The notes under the pieces are model-generated. The model had not been told where the DNA came from. It made no database searches and saw only the letters and a program-made list of their open reading frames with translations. Below are positions 1-11,385 of a DNA stretch of 64,000 nucleotides, piece by piece. Source of the stretch: Ophelia neglecta. Taxonomy: Eukaryota. The stretch spans positions 53,444,001-53,508,000 of the forward strand of contig OZ260664.1 in assembly GCA_965285935.1 (NCBI GenBank), written 5' to 3'. Position 1 is the first letter of the stretch, and each line of letters begins with the position of its first letter. The position numbers and the translations under genes were made by a program.

Positions 1-1233
1 CAATATGAAATCATTATACACAGTGTCCTATTATCTAAATAATCATGCATCTTGCTATTAAATGTGAGCTTATAATTCCATGTGGACTTTAAAAGCCACA
101 TAATTGTGCATTGCTAATGAAAAGGCTTTGATGTTTCAGAACTGAAGCAGATGATTTTTTAGAAGGGAAAAGGCGACGAAGTAAAAGGTAAATAAAAGGT
201 CTCTGGCTGTTTCTACAGAACCTTTTACCTTCTGAAATGATGGTAGTTTTGATGACAACCTCGATTTTTTCCTGCCATCTTCCGGAGGAGGACTAGACGC
301 ATATAGAAGATAATTTAGTAAACGAGACACCTTCCTTCTTCTATGGGTAAAATACTATTTAGGGAATATTAAGCTTTTTCGGGTGTTGCCTTGCGCATTA
401 CGACAGCAAAAACATTCAAAGCCGCTCGCACTAACATCTAAAAACAGCAACAACAACAACAACAACATCAACAACGATAATGATAAGTAATGAAAGAAAA
501 ACCAGAAACAATAGGCACATACGCAATAATAGACGCACTTGCGTCCATTTTTTGTTTGTCTAATTCCACATAGGTTATTAATCTAAGCAGACTCATTCCC
601 TTGGCGGCAAATCCATTTCAAAGGACTTAAATATGAGTTCTTTGTATTTGATCTTCCGCCAGCCTCCCACATAAAAGCACATTAAATAAGCCTTACGGTT
701 TTATACAAACGACTATACACACGATGTGTGACGTACATTGAGCTTGGCCTAGATAATACAGATTGAACCTGAAATCTTAAAGGCATAGGCTAATGTTTCG
801 TGATTAAAACTGACAAAATAATTCCACCACTAACATATTGGAAGAGTACACCAGAACATCGTACATAACAGCAGTGCGCAGACAGCTAGGTGGGTTTTGA
901 TCGAAACGCTGTAAACAAAATATCCCATCACAAACACATCTGAAGGGTACAAAACCAGAACATTGAACATGTACAGCAGTGAGGAGACAGTTAGGTTATG
1001 ATCAGGACGCTGCAGATGAAAGGGGCACGGAATGGACACGGAATAGCCACCCCACTGTGGGCATGATTTGACAAGAATATGGCCTATGAGTCAGCAGCAG
1101 CTAGTGAGGGAGATGATGGTAAGGGGGGCGAGGTACTGACACATAGCACAATTCTGCAGCCCAAACTGAATTAGCAGACGAATTCACAAAACAACTGTTC
1201 GAGTTCATTCCTTTCCTCAATGCTGATCGTTAC

Positions 1234-1291
1234 CTTTGGATAGTCGGGCACGTCCCGTCGCAGCCCTATCTTCCTATCGTCGCTCAATGTG
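1234..1291 (-). CDS. PDE9A: PDE9 coding exon 8 (TLSDDRKIGLRRDVPDYPK); gene continues beyond the window start
   Basis: tttatag|...AAG|gtaacg, 58 nt, phase 2->0. RRDVPxYPK motif that precedes the PDE9 catalytic domain. Confidence 0.93.
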
Positions 1292-3133
1292 CTATAAAAA
1301 CGATCATATTTAAGGCCATAAAAAGCGTGCCTAAAGTCATCGTCAGCTGTATGACGCCATCACCATGATGGGGGGGATGAAGGTGACGCCATCGCGGACA
1401 TATTAATACAGAAGCGCAGTTGAAATGCGAGCTAGAATCGATGGCTGAGTGATGCTAATAATTATAAACAATACAAAAACTGAAAACAGTCAGAGAAAAA
1501 ATTAATACATTTATACTTAACTTATACAAATTCACTAGAGTAATGATTAACATACATTAACATTAAGTTTTAATTAAACTAAACTAAATATATAATATTT
1601 TGTGGTCAGGCTTTTAATCGAGAGAGAGAAAAACTTTTTAATTTTCAATGCAAATGAAATTATATATATATAATATTTAAATATAACTAGTTTCCTATTG
1701 GAAGTTAGCCCCGACCCTTCAATGATCGAAGTCGCTTTTTTCGTTCACGCGCTCATTGGGATTTCTTGGCCTGGACAACCAGTGTCTTTTAGACAGCAGT
1801 CAATATCGGCCCACGGCTTACTCTAGAAACATTGATAATCTTGGCCTAGGGCAGTCTTTTTAAAGGTATAAAATAAATGTACCCCTATTAGGTCTATTTT
1901 GATAACCCCCACCCTGAGCCTTGTCCCACGTCTAATCAGTGGGTCCAGATCTTTGTGAACAGAGTGTAGTGTGTCCGAATTGCGATGCTGGATACATAGC
2001 CATTGCTGAACGTGAGGATTAGACCACTGAACTATAATGCCGAATCCATTGATTGCGTCTACCAGATAAAACATCACAGGCAAACGAAATCGGAGGCAAA
2101 CCTCCGGCTACTGATATACACCCAGCGGACATAGCTGTGATTGATAATCGGAAGGCGTCCGTATTTCGGGACAACAAAAGAAGCTTCTAAGAATAATATA
2201 AGACGAACTTTCACCAAGGAAAAAACTTCAGGGAGATTAACCTATCGCCGTTGACTTCAGATTGAGTTTGATATATGACTGGTTTGAACCCTTTCGTCCA
2301 AACTAGATATTTTCTAGATATAAACTTCAGGTTATTGTAACGGCTACTTTTACATGTCGTCTTAACATCCACTTCAATTAAGTAACCCCCCCCCCCCCAA
2401 AAAATTAGAAAATGTAATATTTAAAATATATTCCTATACATAAAGAGCTATGTACTGATTTGTGTTTGTCTGCTTACATGTAATTACAATTTCTAATTAA
2501 TTGCCTGGATCAAATAACCAATGCTCTGAGATCACTTTTGAGCCTGGGACTTGCTAATTTCTATAGATTCGAAACCAAACCTATTGAACATCAGTGTGAC
2601 GACAAGGCCAAACATATTCTGACAAAATGAATAATAATGACATATTTTCTGACATAGGCTACTTATAAGTGCTCTGGTTAACAACGACGATATAATAAAT
2701 ATCATTGTCTAAACATTGACTGTAGTGCTACCGTATTACAGCACATTAATAGATATAAATGTACGATGATCAAAAACGCAGCGCTCATTGTATTTGTTGG
2801 TAATAAAATACGACTGAATAGAGTAGGTCAATTTGCACTTTTCAAATGAAACAATATATTTTAAATGGTAAAGAGACACATGAGAAGCGTTTCAAGACTA
2901 AATAAAAGATATATCAATAAGTTTTTATCTGCCAATACGCTACAAGTATCCATAATCTTATGTACAAAAATGAAATTGTTTAAGGATACTTGATCACAAA
3001 ATTTTGATTTAAATTTCTTGCTGATGCAATCGGCAATGAATAGCTCGTTAAAATATCATATTTTCCTTCGGAAAATGGCCCGACAGCCTCAGTGATGTAA
3101 CCTTGTAAGAGTAATTGTCTGACCCGGGCCTAC

Positions 3134-3242
3134 CTTAGTCGGTTGTAGTCAATCATCTTTTGTTGAGCATTGTACATCTGATCTTTTATGACGTTTATGT
3201 CTTTCTTGCATTTCTCTATTTCTATTACCCTGAGGCCTTCCA
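3134..3242 (-). CDS. PDE9A: PDE9 coding exon 7 (EGLRVIEIEKCKKDINVIKDQMYNAQQKMIDYNRL)
   Basis: tttcag|...AG|gtaggc, 109 nt, phase 1->2. Resembles PDE9A LEGLKVVEIEKCKSDIKKM. Confidence 0.94.
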
Positions 3243-3409
3243 CTGAAAGGTAAACGGCAAAATATAACTCTATTGAACATTATTGAGTGCATTTTAAAAA
3301 ATCATGTTAAAATTTAAAATGGTAAACTTTTTCAAGCCTAACGCTGAAAGTGAACAGTCAACACATATTAATCTGAAATAACAACAAAACAAGTCTTTTA
3401 ACACAAACT

Positions 3410-3469
3410 CATACACACACACATACCCTCACAAACACAAACACCCACCCACACACATACACACACACA
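3410..3469. repeat. Imperfect (CA)n microsatellite
   Basis: Read directly. Other simple repeats: (CAA)n ~445-475, (TA/TACA)n ~3780-3829, poly-C 30430-30447. Confidence 0.9.
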
Positions 3470-3619
3470 TGTACTAAATCAGAGTTTTTTCTGGTTGGGG
3501 ATGTATTACAATTGATTAAGTCGCTTGTATCGTAGTGCTACGTGGCAATACCACAAGGGCTGTTGATTCGAATCCAAGTCAAATATCACCTGAATTATCA
3601 ATAAAAATGAAAAGTGAAT

Positions 3620-3779
3620 TCAGACCACCCAAGGGACTGGATAATACTAGTCTGATCATGGAGGTGGTCTGTTTAGACAGGTTATTTTAAATTGAGAGTG
3701 TGCAGTATGGTTATGGTCTTTATTTTTGTCATTTTAATTGACAGGTGGTCTGAGGTGGTCCTTAATGCAGGTTTCGCTA
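3620..3779. mobile_element. Partial Tc1/mariner (pogo/Tigger-like) MITE
   Basis: Repeated GACCACC/GGTGGTC motifs and a right end caggtttcgct-ATA (CAGGTTTCACTG-TA-like), followed by a TA microsatellite. Left end missing. Confidence 0.5.
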
Positions 3780-4394
3780 TACATATATTTATATATATAC
3801 ATACATACATACATACATATATATATAATATTGTAAAAAGAGAAATTGATGCATCTAATGAATTATTAGGTGAAACAACTTCTTTAATTAATATAACAAC
3901 ACTGCATATGAAACCATACAGGAAACTCTTTTTTGATAGCAGTTTTTACAATAATACTGGAATTTTAATATAAGAGAAGCACCAGTTTCTAATATATATT
4001 CAAATACCAAAATTCAAGTATTATTGTACCAGCTTAGGAAGTCATTCCGGATTAGACGGTAACATTAATTATACAAAATCTAGATACACTACACGAAGCA
4101 TCCTATATGTATTTTCAATAATTTCACATTCTAAAGAAATAACGACTACCTGCAACTTCAAAATGTTCCCGACGTCTTTCGCGATGTTACCTTTTTGGCA
4201 CTAATTCACTATTGCACCGACAAACATAAAGAAGCCACTTGACAAACTTCTACTAAAAATGACGGCACTCTCGTTAACATAAAGTGGACAGCGTATTGGC
4301 CAAACGCTAAAAAAGCAAGCGACTGTGACGCTCCTAGCGGGATATGTCCTAAAACTACACCTTGTAGATATAGGCGCACATCGCTTTTACTTAC

Positions 4395-4465
4395 ATTCTA
4401 CTTTCTTTTCCAGCGCTGTTAATCGCTTATGAATATCTTTCTGCACCTCATCCACTTTGAATGCT
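4395..4465 (-). CDS. PDE9A: PDE9 alternative exon 6B (AFKVDEVQKDIHKRLTALEKKVE)
   Basis: ttccag|...T|gtaagt, 71 nt, phase 2->1. Resembles PDE9A [23 protein letters not shown]. Confidence 0.92.
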
Positions 4466-4523
4466 CTGGAACAGATCACACCACAACATTAGATCATATT
4501 TTCCGGTAGATTTGCTAACTTAC

Positions 4524-4594
4524 TTTCTAATTTTCTCTCCAGTTGGTGAACGCGTGCATGCAGACCGGTCTGTACTTCTTCTACCTTGAATGCC
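4524..4594 (-). CDS. PDE9A: PDE9 alternative exon 6A (AFKVEEVQTGLHARVHQLERKLE)
   Basis: aacag|...A|gtaagt, 71 nt, phase 2->1, open frame. Upstream TACTAAT branch-like motif (+4622-4628). Paralogue of exon 6B. Confidence 0.85.
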
Positions 4595-4962
4595 CTGTTA
4601 TCGCCAGCGATCAATCAACACATTAGTAAAGAGAATTAAACATGAATACATCAAATCATTACATAGTCTATATTTTCTAGAAGAAACTTGCTTTAAACAA
4701 ACATATCTAGTTCTAATAATGATAAAATAACAATAGCTCTATATTAACTCATCATGGGAACTTAATAATCTAAGACAAAACAAATCAAAATTCCTGACTA
4801 TATATATATATATATTAGTTTTAATTAAAAAATAAACACATAAAGACCAAAGTGTGCATTCAGCTCTAAAATGTTGCTATTTAAGTGTATTTTGTGTATA
4901 TCTGACTACTTTTGTTGCTCTTTGTGTAGGTTAAGAGTGCTTTGAAATTCCACACACTAAGG

Positions 4963-5688
4963 CAAAAAAATGTTTCACTAAGTTCTATTATAAGTTTCTC
5001 GTAAAGCCATGCCGGAAAACGGTTTTCTCTATGTGGAACGTACACAGCTACCAAAAACCACATATTTTATTTTTACATATTTTAAAATCTGCACAGTCCA
5101 TTTGTGGGTTTAGGCTCCCAACGAACCTACATCAGTGATAAGGACTAGGAAAGGCTCATAGGTAAAATGCATTAAAACGTATGAAAGAAAGCGTTTGTAA
5201 GCAGTTGAGTGACTTTTGAGCGGTGCTTGAGAAAGGTTTGGTGCATGCATATATAAAATCTCACTGACCGAAGAGACTCCACAGACAGTCTAAACAAAAG
5301 TTGCTTGATCACCGATATGAATTTGGATGTAAAAGATATAGATATATCTAATTCGGCATTTACGGGCTATTAAGTTTTTATAACATTATATGTATAATGA
5401 CACCAGTGTCAATCCGCTTAAAGCAACCGTTGTCAAATAACTGCAGTTTATACCAGTCTGTACACTTTCAAACATTCCTTTATGGGAGAGGGATAACTTA
5501 ATCTTATTTAAAAAGAGGCAAGGTTCCAAATGGGCAGGCCAAAAGTGAAGAGCGTGAATATTACCAAGAACCAATCTACTGTACCAAAAAAAGCGTTTTA
5601 CTAAGTTCTATTATAAGTTTCTCGTAAAGCCTTGCCGGAAAACGGTTTTCTCTCAGTGAAACGAACACAGCTACCAAAACCACATATT
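4963..5688. repeat. ~104-bp direct repeat pair (4963-5066 and 5585-5688) in a PDE9 intron
   Basis: Shared core actaagttctattataagtttctcgtaaagcc.tgccggaaaacggttttctct...acacagctaccaaaa.cacatatt. Confidence 0.9.
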
Positions 5689-7228
5689 CAAAGGGACGTG
5701 CTCACGGGCGTCACCGAATGTCTGACGCAGTTTTTTGTTCTTCTCCCAACTTCGCTCGTACTTAAGGTGAAATAATAAAACTAAAAATATCATCTATTTA
5801 ATTAGTTTACCTCAAAATATATCAATTGGCCTAGCTAGCCCTTTTTCAAATGAAACGATATTACCTCTGCCATCCACTACCGAAGACGTTTCAACTTTTG
5901 GCCGACAGTAATTGCCAATTGGTTTACTGTGATGTTGTCCCCGAGAAACTTACTTATAATTAATGGATGTATGCCTCGAGCACACATTAATGGTGTAAGA
6001 ACTCCGAAATGGATGTTACTGCAAATTACAGGTGCAACAGGTCCATAGGAAGTGTGTCCATCAACCCCACTTCGACCATCATCGCGGCTAGATGTGGCTG
6101 CCAAATGCAATCGTAGGCAATGCTTACACTGATGGATCTTCATTTTATTAGGTTACATTGCGCGCCAATCTGAACCAGCACCCCAAGACCCACCAGATAC
6201 GTACTTGCCTATAAATAGAAGCCAATTTTCCTTCAAAGTGCCTAAACACTAATGCGCTACTCTCGGAGCATCAGGATGCGGCCGAATGAGATTGATTTTC
6301 GAGTTTGTTACTGCCAAAAAAACCTGGCCCTGTGTGCTTGGAAAAACCTGGCTTAGTTTTTACTTGGAATATACAATGCATGGTAGCTCGCCTAGTCTGG
6401 TCTAAGCTTGAGTTGAGTTAGAGGCTACGATTTGAGGGTAACATGTTGAAACAGCAGGAACAGCAGTCATAGCGATAATTTAAGGCACACAACCTGATTT
6501 TGACTTGCACAAAAGATGAAGAGCCGAGATGGTTTGAAATCAAATATTTTGACGGTAACGCGTTCACATTTGAATGAATATAGTTTAACGTATTTTTCGT
6601 ATCAATGTCTGTTGGTACTTTTGGGGGATTTCGATTTATTGGGTTCATCTTTCCGTACTAAAACATATAATTGATTTATCAATGCATTAAGGGAGAAAAA
6701 CCGAAGATGCGGCATTCACACAAAGGACATATAAATGACGCATGCGTTGCTTTCAGAAAGAAGATTTAGGCACAGACTAGGCCTGTATTCTACGTAATGT
6801 AAGAGATGGATTATATGGTTTATACGTAAACTAGGTCTAGGAATTCGTAAGATGAGTCGGAAGGGCAATGGACGTTTTCCACTAATGATTGCCCACAGCT
6901 GTTTTATTCCTCACCGATGCATCTTCTTTCATTTCTCTGTGACATAATTCGCCTGGCAACTGAAGCGGTTATACACGTCGATAAAGAACACGGACGGCCA
7001 AACAAACGCGATTTATTTTCTTCGGTTAACTAAGTATCAGTCAATAGCAGATGCTCATCCTTTGTAATTCTTGTCTCTTCAATATTAATGAGAACTTTCG
7101 GCTAGTATAGGACTGATTTGCACCTGAGCAACCTCTATTACCGTCTTTTCGCGTTTCCGCCCCATAGCCTTCTCGTCTGAAAAAAGTTACAGGAGCTCCC
7201 TTGCTAAGAAGAAGATAATCACACTTAC

Positions 7229-7283
7229 TTGTTGAATTGTTCAGCAACCTGTGTCAGCACAGTATGAAGAATTTCGTGTTCTC
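7229..7283 (-). CDS. PDE9A: PDE9 coding exon 5 (EHEILHTVLTQVAEQFNK)
   Basis: aaacag|...AA|gtaagt, 55 nt, phase 1->2. Resembles PDE9A EREELIQSVLAQVAEQFSR. Confidence 0.93.
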
Positions 7284-7442
7284 CTGTTTAAACAAGGGGA
7301 TGAAAAACAATGAAGAAATTGTGGAATCAGCAAAGAACCAAGTACGAATAAATATAAATATTAAATAGTGAATTCACGAAAACAACAAAGTTTATCCAAT
7401 TTGAAATTTGGTCACAAGGAGAATGTAACTAAACTGACTCAC

Positions 7443-7483
7443 CATCTTTTTTTACTTCTTTGATAGACACTTTGTATGGGGCC
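7443..7483 (-). CDS. PDE9A: PDE9 coding exon 4 (APYKVSIKEVKKDG)
   Basis: ttcaag|...G|gtgagt, 41 nt, phase 2->1. PYKV motif as in PDE9A TPYKVRPV. Confidence 0.88.
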
Positions 7484-10319
7484 CTTGAATGTAAGAAAAA
7501 ATGTGTTTGAATGATTCCGATGCAAACTATATAAATTTTAACACATATATAATAAAACATCAAAACTACAAGCTCCTGCTAATAAGTATCATACACAGAT
7601 CTAATTTTGCATTTTAAAATACACCACTTTTGGGAACTGTAGCAAAAATTAGATTAATAACTACGAAGAAGACAACAGGAACAAATAACTGAGACTATCA
7701 GATAAATAATAAGCATCTGAAAGCTTAGCAGCTAGGGTTAATTTCCCATACAAAAGCCAGTGCCTTAGGACAGTTACCGTTATTCTACTGTTGGGGGAGT
7801 AGTTTGTTTCTTGTGGGGCCACTATTCTTTGCCATAGGAGATCTCGGTGTTGATTATGCATTTATTTTTTAAGCTTCACCTATTAACTTACAGCACCAGG
7901 CGCTATAATCTTAAAGTTTTACATACAAGGGGTAAAGCTATTTCTATATGACATCAATACTGACATGTTTTCCACTGTAGCTCTTTTGCTTTATAGATTG
8001 TTTTCATTGTTCCTATATTTTTTATTGATTATTATTTTTTTGAAGGTCAAGTACGGCGTTAACGTCAATTGCAATATACTAATGATTCTTCTAAGTGCTC
8101 GAGGGCACCCTAATTGTGAAAATGTATCGTTTAACTTTTATCGGTTTATCCACTTTATAGTCTTCCATAATGGATGATCCGATATGGTTATTCATTAAAA
8201 AAACACTACATACTTTTAAAGTCTATATTAGCCTGCATAACGACTTGTTATACCATCCCGCTACATCCAGAGTGGTAAATTGTTAGTTGAAAACAACCCA
8301 AAAGCCTCGACATGGTAGGAATTGTCTAGTTAAGACCCAGGCCATTCTGCCAATACATGCGATTTGCTTTAGAACCTGCTGCTACCTAGCAGTATTTCAA
8401 ATAATTCCATACATATATATAATATACATATATGATATATATATATACTCGGCCGGGGTCATATTACCTTTTAGACATTGCATGTTAACAGTATCAGCCA
8501 TCGCCAAAGGCAATATTGTCCATCACTAATGTTAGCTGGTACCTGTTTCCTCACGAGCCAGAAAAATACTGGTGCCTGTTTTAAAGCTCGAGATGCTTTT
8601 CAATGAAACAGTCATATTAGAGCTGAAAAAATGATGAGTAAGTCTTTGCTGTGAGACAAACATATAACTAATGTTTGTCAATGGCTTCTGTTTATGGCTT
8701 CGTGTCTTTGTCAGTATAGCCGGGGAACTGGTTGAAACAAGACCAACTTGCCACTTTGAATAGCTTGTTAAAAACCTAATGTCGACTAATTATAAACAAA
8801 AACAAATGAATGTCCAACAGGGCGACACTTAACTTGACCGGAAGAAGGAAGCTGCATGTATAAGCACAGCTGGCAATTGAGGGACGTCAAGGGCTAGTTG
8901 AATATGGAAGCGAAGCAATAGGAAAACAACAAAGCATGCACAGTTATTGCTCCCAACCCTTTTATAAAATTAAGTGAGGAGATGTATTAGATCATGCCCT
9001 CCGCCCCGTACCGCCGCCGTAGCCGCCATTTTTGTTTTGGCAATAACTCGGAAACCTTTAGGCCCGAGTTACTATATTGCACAGGTATGTTAGATAAGCC
9101 TGGGAAATTTACTTGATGTAGGTGACACCACCCTAGTGTCTAAACTACTTCCTCTTCAGCAATATGGTAACAAAAGCTGATTAACAAGATTGCGCAAAAG
9201 TTTCTACACTACGGGGTTGCAATTGACATGGAGGAAGCGTTATAGGCATAGGCTACTATGAACTGATAAACTTTTAGTAGACATCCGAATATCTTGAGTT
9301 GCAATAGCAATGAAAAATAAAAAAAGGATCTACAAGAAAACATAAACTTTTTTGTTTGCTCGCCACTTTGAGTCAAGTTTGAGAAAAAAACATTTTTTGT
9401 GAGGTGTTATTTTTTTCGGCAACATTTTCAAAAGTTGGTCTTTCCAGCCAGTTTAGACAATTTAAGTGCTTCAAGCAAAACCAACACCCCCATTCATTTT
9501 TTAATCCAACTCGGACCTCATCGCATTAAAAGCGGCCTCTTCGCAGTTTCGTTTCTATGTCCTTGGTTTGCACATAATTTAGTGTTGGCGTGAAAGATCA
9601 CCATCAAACTTCGTGTGTATATTTCCAAACATTGGCACACAGGCGAAAAGGCGCAGATGTGGTGTGTCCTGTCGCAGGTGTTGTCAATGATTAATATGAT
9701 TGAACACCGAAGACATTACCAGCTAATCAAATGGCGATGACTTGTACTTCCTTATGCTAATCTTCTTCCTTTATTTGCCTCTTGCACTCCAATTCGAGAA
9801 TGCGTTTTTCAACAGATTGCTAGTTAGACGCCTCTTAGAATTTTTTTTCCATGTTTAGGGGTCAAGTTGGGTTCACGGAATTTGTTGTTTCAGTATTTTA
9901 AAAGTCATTAAAAACATCCACATTTGTGGCATGTTTTCAATGTTAAAAGAAAAAAATAGGGTACGTCTCAATGGTCTGATACAAAAATTAATTATAGCCT
10001 TTATAAGCTCATAAGATAATAAATAACTGGCAAATATGGGCCAAAAGCATGACAGGTGTTCAACTGAAACTATTACAGTTTTCTAATAAGAACGGGAACC
10101 CCCACTGCTGTTTATATTTATTGAATGAATATGTATTCAGGAGAAATGTATCAAATATTTGGACGCTTGGCACGATGTTGAGAACTTACAAATAACATTG
10201 TTCAAAATATCTTTGTTTCTTATAAATAAGTACTCCTTGGCTTCAATGAGAAATTGATGTCGGTGCTAAACGCTTTTTCAATCGCACTACAACGAGGAAG
10301 ACAAAAGAGAATTACGTAC

Positions 10320-10397
10320 TGTGGTGTGTTATTGGGCATCGAAGGAGAAACCGTCACCAGAGCGCCTTCTTTATCTTTTAGAGTCACATGACTGAAT
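10320..10397 (-). CDS. PDE9A: PDE9 coding exon 3 (FSHVTLKDKEGALVTVSPSMPNNTPQ)
   Basis: ttccag|...CA|gtacgt, 78 nt, phase 2->2. Resembles PDE9A [26 protein letters not shown]. Confidence 0.92.
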
Positions 10398-11227
10398 CTG
10401 GAATGGAAGTAAAAATGAATAATACGAGCGAGAAAAAGCCATTCGCCATGTATATAACCATGCACATGTATGTGTTATAGCTTTTTAATCACTCACTATT
10501 TGTTGCCTATAATTTGAGGTTGAATGGCTGTGTAGTATATATTATTTTAGGTCTTTTGAAGTTGTCTTTTCTTTAGTTTATGGATAAGGATGCACTGCAG
10601 ATGTAAAGTCGTGAATTGCCTATGACATGTATATGTTGGAGCAAAATGAAGATTCTAATGACGTACAAAGGTTTACAAAGATTGACGGATACAGGCCAAG
10701 CTGCCCACGTAATTATAGATCATTATAAAAGGTGCTACAGTGCACCTGAGCTGTGAAGTTGGCCATAGAACGTTCCCACATTGGTCGATAAACTCTTCGT
10801 TTGTCAATGGTTGCATTAGCAGCTCATTGTCCATTTTAGTTCATATTAAATTCATTTCTGCTTATTTTCTAAAGCGTAAATAGACCCGACATCTTTTCTT
10901 TTCGTATCATATTAACACAATTAGATAACACCCGGGGTGGGTATTGTCACAGAGGTAGTTATAGGTCATGCTGTGTTCAGCAAAGTATGTTGTTTAGCCA
11001 TTCCGCAAAAGGACTAGAATGAGGCCAGTCGAGCATCGTTCTATTCTGCGACAATTCTAATCCCTAGCAGGATTCTCATTTTAATCTGGGAAGATTGATG
11101 GACGTTCCAATTGATTTCAGCGATCAGCAAAATTCACATGTGTTTGTAGGGGGCTTCTACAGTAAAACGGACTATGCATTATTAAACCTATAATTAACTA
11201 CTTGGTCATCTTAAAAGAAAAACTCAC

Positions 11228-11298
11228 TTGTTTACACCGGCAGCTTGAGCCAGAAGTTCTACAATGTCACGCGAACTGCAGTGTTTGCTAAATACAAT
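11228..11298 (-). CDS. PDE9A: PDE9 coding exon 2 (IVFSKHCSSRDIVELLAQAAGVNK)
   Basis: tttcag|...AA|gtgagt, 71 nt, phase 0->2. Resembles PDE9A [24 protein letters not shown]. Confidence 0.93.
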
Positions 11299-11385
11299 CT
11301 GAAATAAATATCAAAATGTTTAGACATACAATCTGAAATGAATCCCAAAATGATTTGTTTATACAATCTGGAATAAATATTTAAA
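11292..11385. repeat. 3 x 34-35-bp tandem repeat overlapping the PDE9 exon 2 acceptor
   Basis: atacaatctg(a/g)aat starts at 11292, 11326 and 11361. Confidence 0.85.

Noticed and set aside
3497-3600. tRNA-like A/B boxes (gattcgaatcc)
   Set aside because: Too degenerate to fold or assign; at most an old SINE head.
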